A DNA stretch of 64,000 bases from Patescibacteria group bacterium (lineage in GTDB: Bacteria > Patescibacteriota > Patescibacteriia > UBA9934 > GWF2-40-263), in contig SCUM01000001.1 of assembly GCA_004297215.1 (NCBI GenBank), forward strand, positions 481,181 to 545,180, read 5' to 3'. The notes below the pieces were generated by a model. The model did not search any database and was not told the DNA's origin. It saw nothing but the letters and a program-made list of their open reading frames with translations. Each line of letters begins with the position of its first letter. The stretch's first letter is position 1. This document shows, in pieces, positions 9,101-18,282 of this stretch. Position numbers and translations under genes: made by a program.

Positions 9101-12100
9101 AGGCAGTCGTCGCTCGTCGCCCACCCCGAGCCGGATGCGACGGGGGCGCAGGTGTTGCTGCCGGAAAACTGGGGGATGAACGTAACCGGGGTCGGCGGTT
9201 GGAGATGTTCGCTGTCCCCGGCATTGATGTCAGGGCTATGCACCGAGACGATCTTCCCGGCGTCGAACGGCGAGGTGGGTTCGGGGTATGCGCGGCAAGC
9301 CGTGGACTCGGCGGTGGTGAGCTGAAGCTTGGCAATGCCGGAGACGTCGGTGAGGCAGCTGTCGTTGTAGCAGGCTCCAAGCTTCGCCTTGGCGCTCGAG
9401 ATGCACTGCTGCGTACCGGAACACGCGACGGAACCGTCGGGCGAACAGGTGTCATCGAGCGTCTTCAGCTGGTCCACGCACTTGAGGTCGTCACAGATGC
9501 GGAATCCGCTCGCCGTGCAATCCGCGTCGGTCACGCATCCGGCGTTGTTCGTGGCCTGGCAGAAGCCGAACACGCACGTGTCGTCGCTCACGGAGGAGGA
9601 ACAATCGTTGTCCGTGACGCATCCCGCGTTGGAGTTCTTGCAGAACCCGACGGCGCACGAACCGCCGCGGCCCACGCCGCCCGTTCCCGCTTCTTGGCAG
9701 CTTCCGGCCACGTAGGCGAGGCGGAAATCCTCCGGGGCGTCTTCGCAGGTCGCGTCCGAGGCGCAGTCGTCGTCGGAGGCGCAGGCGATCTCGCGACCGA
9801 CGATCGTGCCCGGAAGGGTGACGCCCAGGTCGAGGATGGGATTGAGATTGACGCCGCGGTTGGGGATATTGATGTTGACGGAGGGGGCGGAACCTTGGGC
9901 CGGGTTGCCGTCCGCATCCACGCACCACCTCCCCGGGTTCACGTTGACTTGCGACAGGAGGTCCATCGAAAGCTGGTTCGGGATGGCGTACCCGGAGTAC
10001 TCGAGCCCGTTCCAGCTCACGTCGCGGCTTGTGTAGACGGCCTCATCGAGCGTGATGGGCTGCGGGTCCACGAACCCGGCGCAGGCGTTGTCGCCGGTGC
10101 CTTGCCCGCGCGTCTCGCACAGCGCCAGGCCGTCGCAGATGGTGCGGAAGGTGGACGTGTTGGGGTCCCAGCTCGCGTGCGAGCTCGCGCACTGCAGCCA
10201 CTCCGCACAGTCGCGGTTGCGGTTCACCTTGATGACGTCGTTCGCGTCGTTCTTGAACGCGGCGTCGATGCTCACGGCGGCCACCGCGGTCCCGTCGCTG
10301 CCCTTGCCCGTGCGCAGGTCCACGCAGGTACCGGAAACGGCGTCGCCGCGGTCGTCTTCGAGCGACGGGCAGTCCGAGTCCACGAGGCAGGAACCGGCGT
10401 ACTCGGCGGCGGCATCGGCCGTGGACGTGTCAGAATTCCCCACGGCGAGGTCGCGATCCGCGCCCACGGGATAGCGGCACCGACGGCTGCACAGCGCCTG
10501 CGGGTCCGGAAGGCCGGCGAGATTCGCGAGGTCGTACCCGGCGGAGGTCGCGGGGCAAGACACCGGGTCGCGCAGGTCGAACGGGCGGCCGCCGAACAGC
10601 ACGTCGGCATGCTCGGAGGCCACGTAGCTTGGACCGGACGCGAACTTGAGCGACGGGTCGGTGACATTGCGGAACACGGCGCAGCCGAGCTTCTGGCTCA
10701 CCTGGCCTTCGCAGCGTTCGCTGCCGGTAGCGGTATCGGAGAGCGCATCATTATCGAGGAAGGTGTACTGCACCCCCTGCGGATACGCGCCGTGGTCGGT
10801 GTCGGACGGGTCCACGAACGCGGTGCACAGGTCGTACTGGGAGCCGCACTCCCCCACCCAGCCTTCGTAGCCGGCGTCGCCGTTGCGCCGTATGCCGAAC
10901 GTGTTGCCGCTGATCACGACGTCCTCGTCGCACGGGACGATCGTCCCCTTCACGAACCATCCCGAGGCGTTCTGGCCGCCCACCCTGATGTCGGTCTTGA
11001 ACTCGCAGCGCTGGTCGAGGGGATCCTTGAAGTAGAAGTTGCCGTCCTTGGTGGAGGAGAACTCCTGGCAGAACAGGTCCTCGTGCCCGCACAGCACCTG
11101 GTCGTACGTGTCCGGGTCGTCGATCACGAACGCGCTCGTAAACGAGGTGACCGCGGTCTTGTCCTGATTGAACTTGGGAGTGCCCACTTCGGTGCAGCCC
11201 ACGGCGGCCACGGAACACTGGTCGGAGCCGTCGTCCACGAGATAGAGCGGGGAGTCGTTGTACACGACGCGCGCCTCCGGGCCCATCGTCACGTTTGGCG
11301 TCCCCGGGGGGATCACGCCGTCAGCATCGAACAGGCAGAATCTCTTTCCCGGAGCGATCTGGCATGCCGTGCGGCCCTGCACCGCGCACGGGGTGAGGAC
11401 GGACACGGCCGCGCCACCCGTCGCGACGCAACGCGCGTTAAAGGTCTGGCCGTACTCCGACTCCGACGCATGCGTGTCGAAGAACGCTTCGCAGCCCACC
11501 GCCTGCTCGCTGCACAGCCGGCCGAAGCGGTAGAACTCGTCGGTCGCGCCTGCGCGATCCGTGTACGCTTCGCAGCCGAGATAGAACTGCGGCGCGTTCT
11601 GGCCGTTGGGGGCCGTGTCGCAGGAGGCCGGGGTTACCCAGGAATCCTTGATGAGCGCGAGCGTGTCGTCGGCCATGGTGACCCGGACGTTATCCAGGAA
11701 GAACTCGGTGCCGCCGCTCACGGCCGTGAACTGCAGGGCGGACTGGTCGTCGAACCCGTCGATCGTGGAGGAATCGATGGGGCCGAGGGAGTACGGCCGC
11801 CAGTCCGTGGTGAGGTCGGCTGGGACGTCCGAAATCGGGGAGGGCGTTCCATCGACGGGGCGGAACGCCACGTTCACGTCGCCGGTGCCACGCGCGAAGA
11901 AACTCACGGTAAACGTCCTCCCAGGGACGACGTTCCCCACAAACGGGCTCACGCTCCCTTCAAGGGTGGAAGCCCCTGCCCCGGCGGCGGCGTTGCTCAC
12001 GCGCAGCGAATGCCCGCCCGCGGAAACCGCGTCGTTGCTCACCGCGACCGTGGCGCTCCCCTGCGCGGTCCAGTCGGTCGCGCCGTTTTCCTCGAACGTC

Positions 12101-15100
12101 TCCTCAAGCACGGTGGCCACGTTGCGGCCCCCGCCGCCGGTGTAGGCGCGGCACCCCGCGGCAGAGGCGGGACATGAGCGCGATCGCGACGGCAGGCCGA
12201 AGTAATGGCATTCGCCGGAAGCGGTGAAGAACCCGCCCGTGACGAAACAGGTGTCCCGCGCCGCGGCGGGGTCGGAAACGAGCTGGGTCTTGCGGTACGG
12301 GTGGCAGCTCTCGTCCACGAACACCGTCTCGCTGAAGCGGCGGTAGTGGATGTCCCCGTCGCCGTCGTAGAATTCGCCGCAGTCGAGATCGGTGATGGTG
12401 TCGGAGTGCTCGTCGCACGCGGCGTCCGCGCGCGTCGCCGGATCCGCGTCGTCGCACCTGATCGAATTCGGGTCGTCCATCACCGTGGCCGTGCACGGCG
12501 CGTCGTCGCGATTGGACTTGAGCAGCTGCGTCGGGCGCAGCTGGAACCCCTGCGCCTGCGTGCCGGTCCAGGTGAAATAGGTGACGCGATCCGCCCCGGC
12601 TTGGACGGGGGTGGTGCACGCGCGCAAATCGGTGTAGTGCTCCACCGCTTCCCCGCCCGCGGCGAGCGTATCGAGGTTCGTGAACGCATCGCAGCCGACG
12701 TTTGCCTCGGAACAGGCCTGTGCGGTCGTCGGGATGAAATTCACCGGGAACGCGGAGGCCTCGTACTTGGTTTCCTCCTGCTTGAACGCGGCGTACCCCA
12801 CGCACGCGGCCGGGCAGCGGTCGATGTCGGAGGCGACGGCCGAGACGGACGGGTCGCCGTCCTCGGGCCGGTAACGCTCGCACCCGACGTCCACGGCCGC
12901 GCACACGGGCGCGAAGCCGGCGCATTCCTTGGGATCCGTGGGCAATCCGCGGCAGTCGAGGTAGCTCGGCGGAACCTTGAGCGAGGCGACGGCCGCGTCC
13001 ACGTTGCCGGCATACCCGTCGGTGAACGGCGTGGCGTTTTCTCCCCGTTCAAGTTGCACCGAGTCGAGCGTTGCGCCGGACGGGGCGCTGAACGAGACGC
13101 TCGCGAGCGCGTTTGCGGGGAGGCTGAACGTGCAGGTCGTCGCGGCGTACGCCGCCGAAAGATTCGGCGCGGCCTGCACCTGGTTGCGCGGGGCAGCGGC
13201 GCCGATCACGGCGCACCCGCGCGTGGAGACATTGGTGAGGTCGATCGCGACGCCGGCAAGGGTGGTGAGCGTGACCGTCCCGACGGCCGTGCCGCTCCCC
13301 TTCGCCTCAAAGCTCAAGGTATAGAAGGAATCCTTGGACAAGAACACGCCGGATTGCGAAATCGTCCCATTCGTCCCGGATCCGATCCCCACGGCATCGG
13401 ACCCCTGATCGGCGCCGAGCGCATCGGAGTACGTGACGGCCGATCCGAGCTGCCAGCCTTCGACGACGGGCGGGCTCCCGGCCGTGCCGCGCTCGAAGCT
13501 CCCGTTCTGCAACAGGTTGAAGGTGACGTTTTCCGCGCGAAGCAGCCCGGCGCATCCGGCATCGTTGCCGTTGCAGGACTTCACGTCATTGTTGAAATAC
13601 GCGCGATCCCTGAACGCGTCCTGGGCGGCGTCCTTGGCGGCGACCACGTACGTTTGGCCGGCGGGGAGGAACTCGAACGTGTCATCGGCCGTGTCCGACG
13701 CGGTCCCGTGCGTATCCGGGAACTTGTTCACCCTGGACCACAGGCAGCCGGCGTTCCCGGAGTTGCAGCCGGCGAAATCCACGGTGTTGAGCAGGAACCC
13801 GTTGCGCTGGTTCGTCTGCGTGTTCTGGAGCGCCAGGCACCCGGCGAAGTCGGCCGGACAGGCGTCGCCGCGGAACTGCCAGACGTTCTTCTCGCGCACG
13901 CAGTAGCCGAACCCGCCCGTGCACTCGCCGTCGGCGTTCTCGGACAGGCAGCTCGGGGTGTCTGCGCACACCGGGGCGCGCGCGCCGGAGTTCGCCGCCG
14001 CGAGCGTCTCGCCGTTCACGAACGCGCGGCACTGGGTGTCGGGATACTTGAGGATCCAATTTGGATCGATGAGGTGGCACCAGCGGTGCATGTCGTCGGC
14101 GGTCCCTGCGGCATTGCAGTCGTCAAACCCGGCGATCACGTCCTCGAGCTTCACCGTCTCGTTGGGCTTCACCTTCCCCGCCGCCATCTCCCAGCCGATG
14201 GGGAGGATGCGCGCCTTGCGCAGCTTCACCAGATTGCCGAAACAATAGGCGCTGTCCTTGCACAGGATGTCCTGGTTCTTGGGGTCGTCGGGTCGCACGA
14301 GCGGCCAATCCTTGTGGATGAACCGCTCCTCGATCGCCTGCGCGACCGTGAGCGGATTGTCCGTGGCTCCGCGCGAGACCGCTTGGAAGAACGGCTGGTC
14401 GATGACGCAATGGTTGGGTCCGCGCATGACCACCCCGCCCGTGGGACAGGTGATGAATTCGCCGAGGATGTTGTAGTTGTCGACCGACGTGGGCGTGACC
14501 GCGATCAGCTTGGAGAAGTGCTCCTGGGCCTGCTCGCGCGCGTTGCTGACCACGGCAAGCGAATCGAACGGATTGCTCGGGAGCTCCGGGGCCGGGAAGA
14601 AACCCTCGTAAAGCTGCTGCGTCCATTTGGAGCCGAGGGTGCTCGTGAACACGCCCACCGTATGCCAGAGCATCCCCCACCAGAACTGCGGGTTGGCCGC
14701 GATGAGCGCCGCCACCCGCTCCTGCTTCTTCTCGTCCTTGCCCACGTTGGCGTGCAGGAAATCCTCGCGCAGGAGGACGGCGGGGGTCTTTATCTGGCCG
14801 GTCACCACGTCGGTGACGTCCTTGAATCCGCCGTTGAACTCCCGGTCGAGCAGGTCGAGGGTGCGCTTCTTGTTGTATTCCTCGCGCGTGGAGAAGGCGA
14901 GGTCGATGGACATGGACAGCTCGTTCTGGCCCGGTCGCAGCCCCTGCGCAAACGCGGCGAGCACGGGGCCGGTGGGATCCTTGGCGAGTTCCGCGGCCGA
15001 AGAAAGGAAGCTATTCCAGTTCTTGCCAATGGAAAGGAAATCGCATTTGGGCTTCTGTACCGTGTAAGATGCCTTGATGCCCAACGAGAGCGCAAGCTTG

Positions 15101-15627
15101 AAACCGTCCGTAAGCAGGCCTGGGTTGCAGATGTCGAACTTGAAGCCGGTGAGCTCGCCGAACCCGGTGTTCAGGAAATCCATGGACCCCCCCACGATGT
15201 CGAGGCCGATCGGATTGTTCCCGGAATCGAGCGGGTCGAACACGTGGTAGAGCGGCTGGTCGCCCTTTCCGCCGCTTGCCACGAACAGGGCGGACTCGTA
15301 CGCGAGGCGATCGAGCACGAACGACATGAAATCGAACAGGGCGAACACGATGTTCGCCTCTACGATCGGCTTGAGCATCCCCTTGTCCACGGTCTCGATG
15401 GAGGCCGCCGCATGTTCCGCGATGCACCCCTCGCTGTTACCGGCAACGACAGGACAAGGGACGGCTTTCAGCGCCGCCTCCGTTGCGGGCACGGCCGGAC
15501 TGGACGCGCTTTCATCCGCATGCGCAGGAACGGCAAGGAAGAACCCGATGATCGAGACCGAACATACGATCGCGACCGCCCCGGCGACCCATCGGCTCAA
15601 CGCTGGAATGCCTCCCGTTCTACGCAT
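6124..15627 (-). CDS. Giant secreted Cys-rich surface protein (3167 aa).
   Basis: Single 9.5-kb ORF with cleavable signal MRRTGGIPALSRWVAGAVAIVCSVSIIGFFLAVPAHA. More than 150 Cys. Repeated modules such as GFCKNSNAGCVTDNDC / GFCQATNNAGCVTDADC. All overlapping opposite-strand ORFs are Arg/Pro-rich shadows. Confidence 0.85.
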   Translation of the reverse strand: MRRTGGIPALSRWVAGAVAIVCSVSIIGFFLAVPAHADESASSPAVPATEAALKAVPCPVVAGNSEGCIAEHAAASIETVDKGMLKPIVEANIVFALFDFMSFVLDRLAYESALFVASGGKGDQPLYHVFDPLDSGNNPIGLDIVGGSMDFLNTGFGELTGFKFDICNPGLLTDGFKLALSLGIKASYTVQKPKCDFLSIGKNWNSFLSSAAELAKDPTGPVLAAFAQGLRPGQNELSMSIDLAFSTREEYNKKRTLDLLDREFNGGFKDVTDVVTGQIKTPAVLLREDFLHANVGKDEKKQERVAALIAANPQFWWGMLWHTVGVFTSTLGSKWTQQLYEGFFPAPELPSNPFDSLAVVSNAREQAQEHFSKLIAVTPTSVDNYNILGEFITCPTGGVVMRGPNHCVIDQPFFQAVSRGATDNPLTVAQAIEERFIHKDWPLVRPDDPKNQDILCKDSAYCFGNLVKLRKARILPIGWEMAAGKVKPNETVKLEDVIAGFDDCNAAGTADDMHRWCHLIDPNWILKYPDTQCRAFVNGETLAAANSGARAPVCADTPSCLSENADGECTGGFGYCVREKNVWQFRGDACPADFAGCLALQNTQTNQRNGFLLNTVDFAGCNSGNAGCLWSRVNKFPDTHGTASDTADDTFEFLPAGQTYVVAAKDAAQDAFRDRAYFNNDVKSCNGNDAGCAGLLRAENVTFNLLQNGSFERGTAGSPPVVEGWQLGSAVTYSDALGADQGSDAVGIGSGTNGTISQSGVFLSKDSFYTLSFEAKGSGTAVGTVTLTTLAGVAIDLTNVSTRGCAVIGAAAPRNQVQAAPNLSAAYAATTCTFSLPANALASVSFSAPSGATLDSVQLERGENATPFTDGYAGNVDAAVASLKVPPSYLDCRGLPTDPKECAGFAPVCAAVDVGCERYRPEDGDPSVSAVASDIDRCPAACVGYAAFKQEETKYEASAFPVNFIPTTAQACSEANVGCDAFTNLDTLAAGGEAVEHYTDLRACTTPVQAGADRVTYFTWTGTQAQGFQLRPTQLLKSNRDDAPCTATVMDDPNSIRCDDADPATRADAACDEHSDTITDLDCGEFYDGDGDIHYRRFSETVFVDESCHPYRKTQLVSDPAAARDTCFVTGGFFTASGECHYFGLPSRSRSCPASAAGCRAYTGGGGRNVATVLEETFEENGATDWTAQGSATVAVSNDAVSAGGHSLRVSNAAAGAGASTLEGSVSPFVGNVVPGRTFTVSFFARGTGDVNVAFRPVDGTPSPISDVPADLTTDWRPYSLGPIDSSTIDGFDDQSALQFTAVSGGTEFFLDNVRVTMADDTLALIKDSWVTPASCDTAPNGQNAPQFYLGCEAYTDRAGATDEFYRFGRLCSEQAVGCEAFFDTHASESEYGQTFNARCVATGGAAVSVLTPCAVQGRTACQIAPGKRFCLFDADGVIPPGTPNVTMGPEARVVYNDSPLYLVDDGSDQCSVAAVGCTEVGTPKFNQDKTAVTSFTSAFVIDDPDTYDQVLCGHEDLFCQEFSSTKDGNFYFKDPLDQRCEFKTDIRVGGQNASGWFVKGTIVPCDEDVVISGNTFGIRRNGDAGYEGWVGECGSQYDLCTAFVDPSDTDHGAYPQGVQYTFLDNDALSDTATGSERCEGQVSQKLGCAVFRNVTDPSLKFASGPSYVASEHADVLFGGRPFDLRDPVSCPATSAGYDLANLAGLPDPQALCSRRCRYPVGADRDLAVGNSDTSTADAAAEYAGSCLVDSDCPSLEDDRGDAVSGTCVDLRTGKGSDGTAVAAVSIDAAFKNDANDVIKVNRNRDCAEWLQCASSHASWDPNTSTFRTICDGLALCETRGQGTGDNACAGFVDPQPITLDEAVYTSRDVSWNGLEYSGYAIPNQLSMDLLSQVNVNPGRWCVDADGNPAQGSAPSVNINIPNRGVNLNPILDLGVTLPGTIVGREIACASDDDCASDATCEDAPEDFRLAYVAGSCQEAGTGGVGRGGSCAVGFCKNSNAGCVTDNDCSSSVSDDTCVFGFCQATNNAGCVTDADCTASGFRICDDLKCVDQLKTLDDTCSPDGSVACSGTQQCISSAKAKLGACYNDSCLTDVSGIAKLQLTTAESTACRAYPEPTSPFDAGKIVSVHSPDINAGDSEHLQPPTPVTFIPQFSGSNTCAPVASGSGWATSDDCLCSYQKVTYGDGAITRYYGTDRADAPPTGVCTNPEKKGMECEYDADCDSGTPPTSENPVSAGFRPGSCSKRTAEDTLLGWEGYCLERDSSFQLFGSQDPSDRSCLTWLPVDQLSGATDLFGKSIEAGFERPADATGEIYYCAETAVYADLWPLGVQLDSTTGLPTSPDPDTRSVDYACAASDAEAGPGGYCDFGSYGEKNDSHSPQKNNDDTGCIRNAFCPDGYVAMLGYCDSDEKGNGGSSDETKDKGTFCKAGNNASDFDQPRIPDPLAVSETRPTDDCPYICIPQNSHHAAGANPGEDCLAHYSKLGTSVFETPVYGLGDIANGPGSVSDFQYLADCSVRGVPMTPGTGYDPIWIRTFDGMPGRGWGPGGYGWVQTDNGTPKDDNNNDERLQNDPQGSYGIAHRAPGAKVKHCDLTGKRCAVKDDCRIEGTGAATDNLADCLASCASNPAAYVVGGTSFGICMTICLGSSAVDDLSDANECVSDGPFVTGSVYPYYACQELVQVTGTGSKGLDNKAQTDNLWSDSGFTSSYAYGGQAFPYGPETIPTPAGRALLDEMFVRDPDTGEFAMARNVVGSDSWPLPVCADDDGAGTGGGIGTIGLNVGDETALADACSAGARTYPGEGEYAQGPALKEGMLPFALARPFEDLDAVDGSGDERKAVNGEVSATLAGLAAVGSSDPAAPTPDNGLTGFGVSVQSGISRFFTKVFNRFQYDFEDDPDGETGGAYVPTSDDLDLSNKSGTVPVVTSVEKCEGSTCEEGSPGTFTVNELAGGNVKGIDGRQHVAVSFYTYANSNQMPIKNIVVDWGDGHPGPGNGPADWPTDSQSGSTDDGNFYKNHRGATRDGEPICGGSSPANFGLTPRACDSTYRSYSHDYRCSATLVADLETAGRTCRIDPDNGRLLNAPCTGGQVPEAGGACVFQPRVFVKDNWGYCTGVCPGGVDASDKCYDGESQGGLSQNECRPLQCPGGTGCPDDNPWVNYNGYVIVQP

Positions 15628-15633
15628 AACACG

Positions 15634-16317
15634 TTATGGGGCTGAGGGGGGGAGCACGTCCGTAAACTGCCCGGCGGCGACCGCGTCCTTCACGGTCTTG
15701 TCGAACAGGTCGCGCAACGCCTGGTCGTCCATGGAATCCACGGCTTCCTTGGGGAGCCCTGCCTGGATGAGCGCCGCGCGCAGCTCCTCCGGGGAGATGC
15801 TCTTGAAATACGCTTCGAGTTCCTCGGTGGAACGGAACGAGGTCGGGGCCGACGCGAGGATCGGGGCCTGCGGAGGCTCCGGCACCGCGATCGTCGCCGG
15901 GCGCGCGAATGCTTCGTACCCGCTCCCACGCCCGCATTCCTTGCCAAGCGGACAGTTGGGGTCGTTGCCAGCAAGCACCTCCGTCTTGTCGTCGATCCCG
16001 TCGGAGTCCGAATCCTTGAGGTAAGCGCTCGTGCGATAGACGTTCTGCTCGTCGTAATCGGACAGGCCGTCCTGATCGGTATCCCGGGACTTGGAAAGCT
16101 CGATGGACTTAGCTTCCTGCTGGCTCGGGGTCAGGTACCCGACGGCGCTTCGCGCCAGCTGCTCGTCGATGGGCCGATGGATGCTTGATCCGAAGGACGC
16201 GAGGCCGATGCCGGCCGCGGAAGCCCCCATGACGACAAGAAGGACAAAAGCGGTCTTTTGTTCCCGGGAGAGCGCCTGGAATTGACGAAAAAATTCACCC
16301 ACGGGAACGGGATTCAA
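15634..16317 (-). CDS. Small membrane-anchored protein with thrombospondin-type-3-like Ca-binding repeats, translationally coupled to the giant gene.
   Basis: One TM helix (TAFVLLVVMGASAAGIGLASF). DTDQDGLSDYDE and DSDSDGIDD fit the DxDxDGxxD pattern. Its stop lies 6 nt before the giant gene's ATG. The start codon is uncertain (TTG at 16317 or a nearby GTG). Confidence 0.55.
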   Translation of the reverse strand: MNPVPVGEFFRQFQALSREQKTAFVLLVVMGASAAGIGLASFGSSIHRPIDEQLARSAVGYLTPSQQEAKSIELSKSRDTDQDGLSDYDEQNVYRTSAYLKDSDSDGIDDKTEVLAGNDPNCPLGKECGRGSGYEAFARPATIAVPEPPQAPILASAPTSFRSTEELEAYFKSISPEELRAALIQAGLPKEAVDSMDDQALRDLFDKTVKDAVAAGQFTDVLPPSAP

Positions 16318-16337
16318 AACGGGATTCCCGTGCGGAA

Positions 16338-17267
16338 TTATACCACATCAAGCGCCCGAGCGAGCGAAACCCATTCATCCACAGCGAGCGTCTCGGCTCG
16401 AGCCTTCGGATCGAGCCCGGCCTTCGACAGCATTTCCTTCACTTGTCCGGTCGTCCCATACCCTGCCGCGACCAGATTCCCGTGCAATTGCTTGCGCGGA
16501 TGGGAGAAACCGGCTTTCGCGAGGCGTATCACCTTCTCCCTCGGCGCGACCCCCTCATGCTCCCCCTTTCCAAGGGGGAGATAGCTCGTTTCCGCTACCC
16601 TCCCCTTGGAAAGGGGAGGCATGGCGGGGTCTGTGCGCAGGTCGAGCCTCACCACCGCCGAATCCACCTTCGGAATCGGCCGGAACGCCCCGCGGGGCAC
16701 GTTCGTCACCTTTCGGACGTCGGCGTACAGCTGACAGACGACGGACAAGAGCCCCATGTCTCCCGGCTTGGCCGTGATGCGGTCGGCCACCTCCTTCTGG
16801 ACCATGAGCACCATTCGCGACGGCCGCGGCTCGTGTGCCAAAAACCGCTCGAGGATGGGCGAGGTGATGTGGTAGGGGATGTTGGCGACGAGCTTGAAAG
16901 CTCCACCCACGACCCCCTCATGCTCCCCCTTTCCAAGGGGGAGATAGCTCGCTTCCGCTACCCTCCCCTTGGAAAGGGGAGGCATGGTGGGGTCTGTGCG
17001 CAGGTCGAACTTGAGAGCGTCGCCTTCCACGAGCGTGATGCGGTCACCGAACCGTTCACGGAGTCCCGGAATCAGGTCGTGATCCGCTTCGATGGCGGTC
17101 ACCTTGGCGCCGGCGTCGACAAGGGCCTGCGTGAGCACGCCGGTGCCGGGGCCGATTTCGAGCACGGCCTCGCCCAGGACGATCCCGGCAGCCGAAACGA
17201 TCTTCCGCAGGACGGAGGCGTCCTGGAGGAAGTTCTGTCCGAATGATTTCTTGGCGCGAGGAAGCAT
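16338..17267 (-). CDS. rsmA: 16S rRNA (adenine1518/1519-N6)-dimethyltransferase with two in-frame 32-aa insertions.
   Basis: KsgA motifs QNFL, VLEIGPGTG, NIPYHITSPI and SHPRKQL. Two extra segments DLRTDP(T/A)MPPLSKGRVAE(A/T)SYLPLGKGEHEGV have no counterpart in canonical KsgA. Confidence 0.85.
   Translation of the reverse strand: MLPRAKKSFGQNFLQDASVLRKIVSAAGIVLGEAVLEIGPGTGVLTQALVDAGAKVTAIEADHDLIPGLRERFGDRITLVEGDALKFDLRTDPTMPPLSKGRVAEASYLPLGKGEHEGVVGGAFKLVANIPYHITSPILERFLAHEPRPSRMVLMVQKEVADRITAKPGDMGLLSVVCQLYADVRKVTNVPRGAFRPIPKVDSAVVRLDLRTDPAMPPLSKGRVAETSYLPLGKGEHEGVAPREKVIRLAKAGFSHPRKQLHGNLVAAGYGTTGQVKEMLSKAGLDPKARAETLAVDEWVSLARALDVV
16548..16645. repeat. 98-bp double-hairpin palindromic element, copy A, inside the ksgA coding region.
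   Basis: gaccccctcatgcTCCCCCTTTCCAAGGGGGAGatagctcgtttccgctaCCCTCCCCTTGGAAAGGGGAGGcatggcggggtctgtgcgcaggtcga. About 97% identical to copy B. Confidence 0.8.
16911..17008. repeat. 98-bp double-hairpin palindromic element, copy B, inside the ksgA coding region (direct repeat of copy A).
   Basis: Same sequence as copy A with 3-4 substitutions. The unique flanks differ. The two copies are 363 bp apart. Confidence 0.8.
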
Positions 17268-17340
17268 AGTTTCCCTGGGACCCGGTCCCGGCTGAAGGCG
17301 AAAATTTCGGGTTTGAAAATTCCAAACTTCGTTTGGAATT

Positions 17341-18282
17341 TCATGCTTGAGATTTCAGATGCGTCCTCATCCATGCCACCGTCTTCGCGAGCCCCTCCTC
17401 GAGGCCGACGGCCGGTTCCCATCCGAGGACCCGTTTGGCGAGCGACGCGTCGAGCACGCTCCGGCGTTCCTCGCCGCGGACCTCCGGGCCCGAACCGATC
17501 TTCCCGCGATAACCCGTTTCGCGCCGCAGCAGCCGGACGATCCCGTTCACCGACGTCTCGCGGCCGGTCGCGATGTTGAATACCCCGTGCGCGGACGGCT
17601 TCATCGCGAGAAGGTTCGCCCTGACGACGTCATCGACGTACACGAAATCCCGGCTCTGCTTGCCGTCGCCGTACACGACCGGCGTCTTCCCGGCGAGCAT
17701 CTGGCGCGCGAACACGCTCACCACCCCCGCTTCGCCTCGCGCGCCTTGCCTGGGACCATAGACGTTGGCGTACCGCAGCGCCACGTACGGCAACCCATGC
17801 GTATGGCACACGCTGTGCAGGTAGAGCTCGAACGCGAGCTTGGAAACCCCGTAGGGGGAACGCGGCAGGCTCGGGACGTTCTCGGGGGTCGGGATGACCT
17901 TGAGCCCGTGATAGATGGCGCCGCCCGAAGAGGAGAAGACGAGCCTCTTCGCCTTGGCGCGCACGCACCCCTCCAGCACCCGCAACCCGCCGATCACGTT
18001 CACGCGCGCATCGCGGATCGGCTCGCGCACCGACACCCGCACGTCGATCTGCGCGGCCATGTGGAACACGACGTCGGGCTTGAGCTTCTCGATGAGCGCG
18101 GAAACCTTCGGGCTCTCGACGGAGAGCCTGAAGAAGGTCGCGTTCGGGTTCAGGTTGTCCCGCCGCCCGAGGGAGAGGTCGTCGATGACGTACGTCTTGA
18201 TGCGGCGTCGGATGAGGGCGTCCGAGAGGTGCGACCCGATGCACCCGGCGCCTCCGGTGACGAGCGCGCGTTTGTATCTCAT
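17341..18282 (-). CDS. NAD-dependent epimerase/dehydratase (UDP-glucose 4-epimerase / UDP-sugar epimerase family).
   Basis: Rossmann motif VTGGAGCIGSHL at the N-terminus, YxxxK catalytic region, and extended SDR architecture. Start at MRYKRALVTGG. Confidence 0.8.
   Translation of the reverse strand: MRYKRALVTGGAGCIGSHLSDALIRRRIKTYVIDDLSLGRRDNLNPNATFFRLSVESPKVSALIEKLKPDVVFHMAAQIDVRVSVREPIRDARVNVIGGLRVLEGCVRAKAKRLVFSSSGGAIYHGLKVIPTPENVPSLPRSPYGVSKLAFELYLHSVCHTHGLPYVALRYANVYGPRQGARGEAGVVSVFARQMLAGKTPVVYGDGKQSRDFVYVDDVVRANLLAMKPSAHGVFNIATGRETSVNGIVRLLRRETGYRGKIGSGPEVRGEERRSVLDASLAKRVLGWEPAVGLEEGLAKTVAWMRTHLKSQA

Noticed and set aside
8635-15645. Two plus-strand ORFs over 1100 aa (8635-12177 and 12205-15645) opposite the giant gene.
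   Set aside because: Both lie entirely inside the 9.5-kb minus-strand ORF, which has a signal peptide and coherent Cys-rich repeats. The plus-frame translations are Arg/Gly/Val-rich with no structure.
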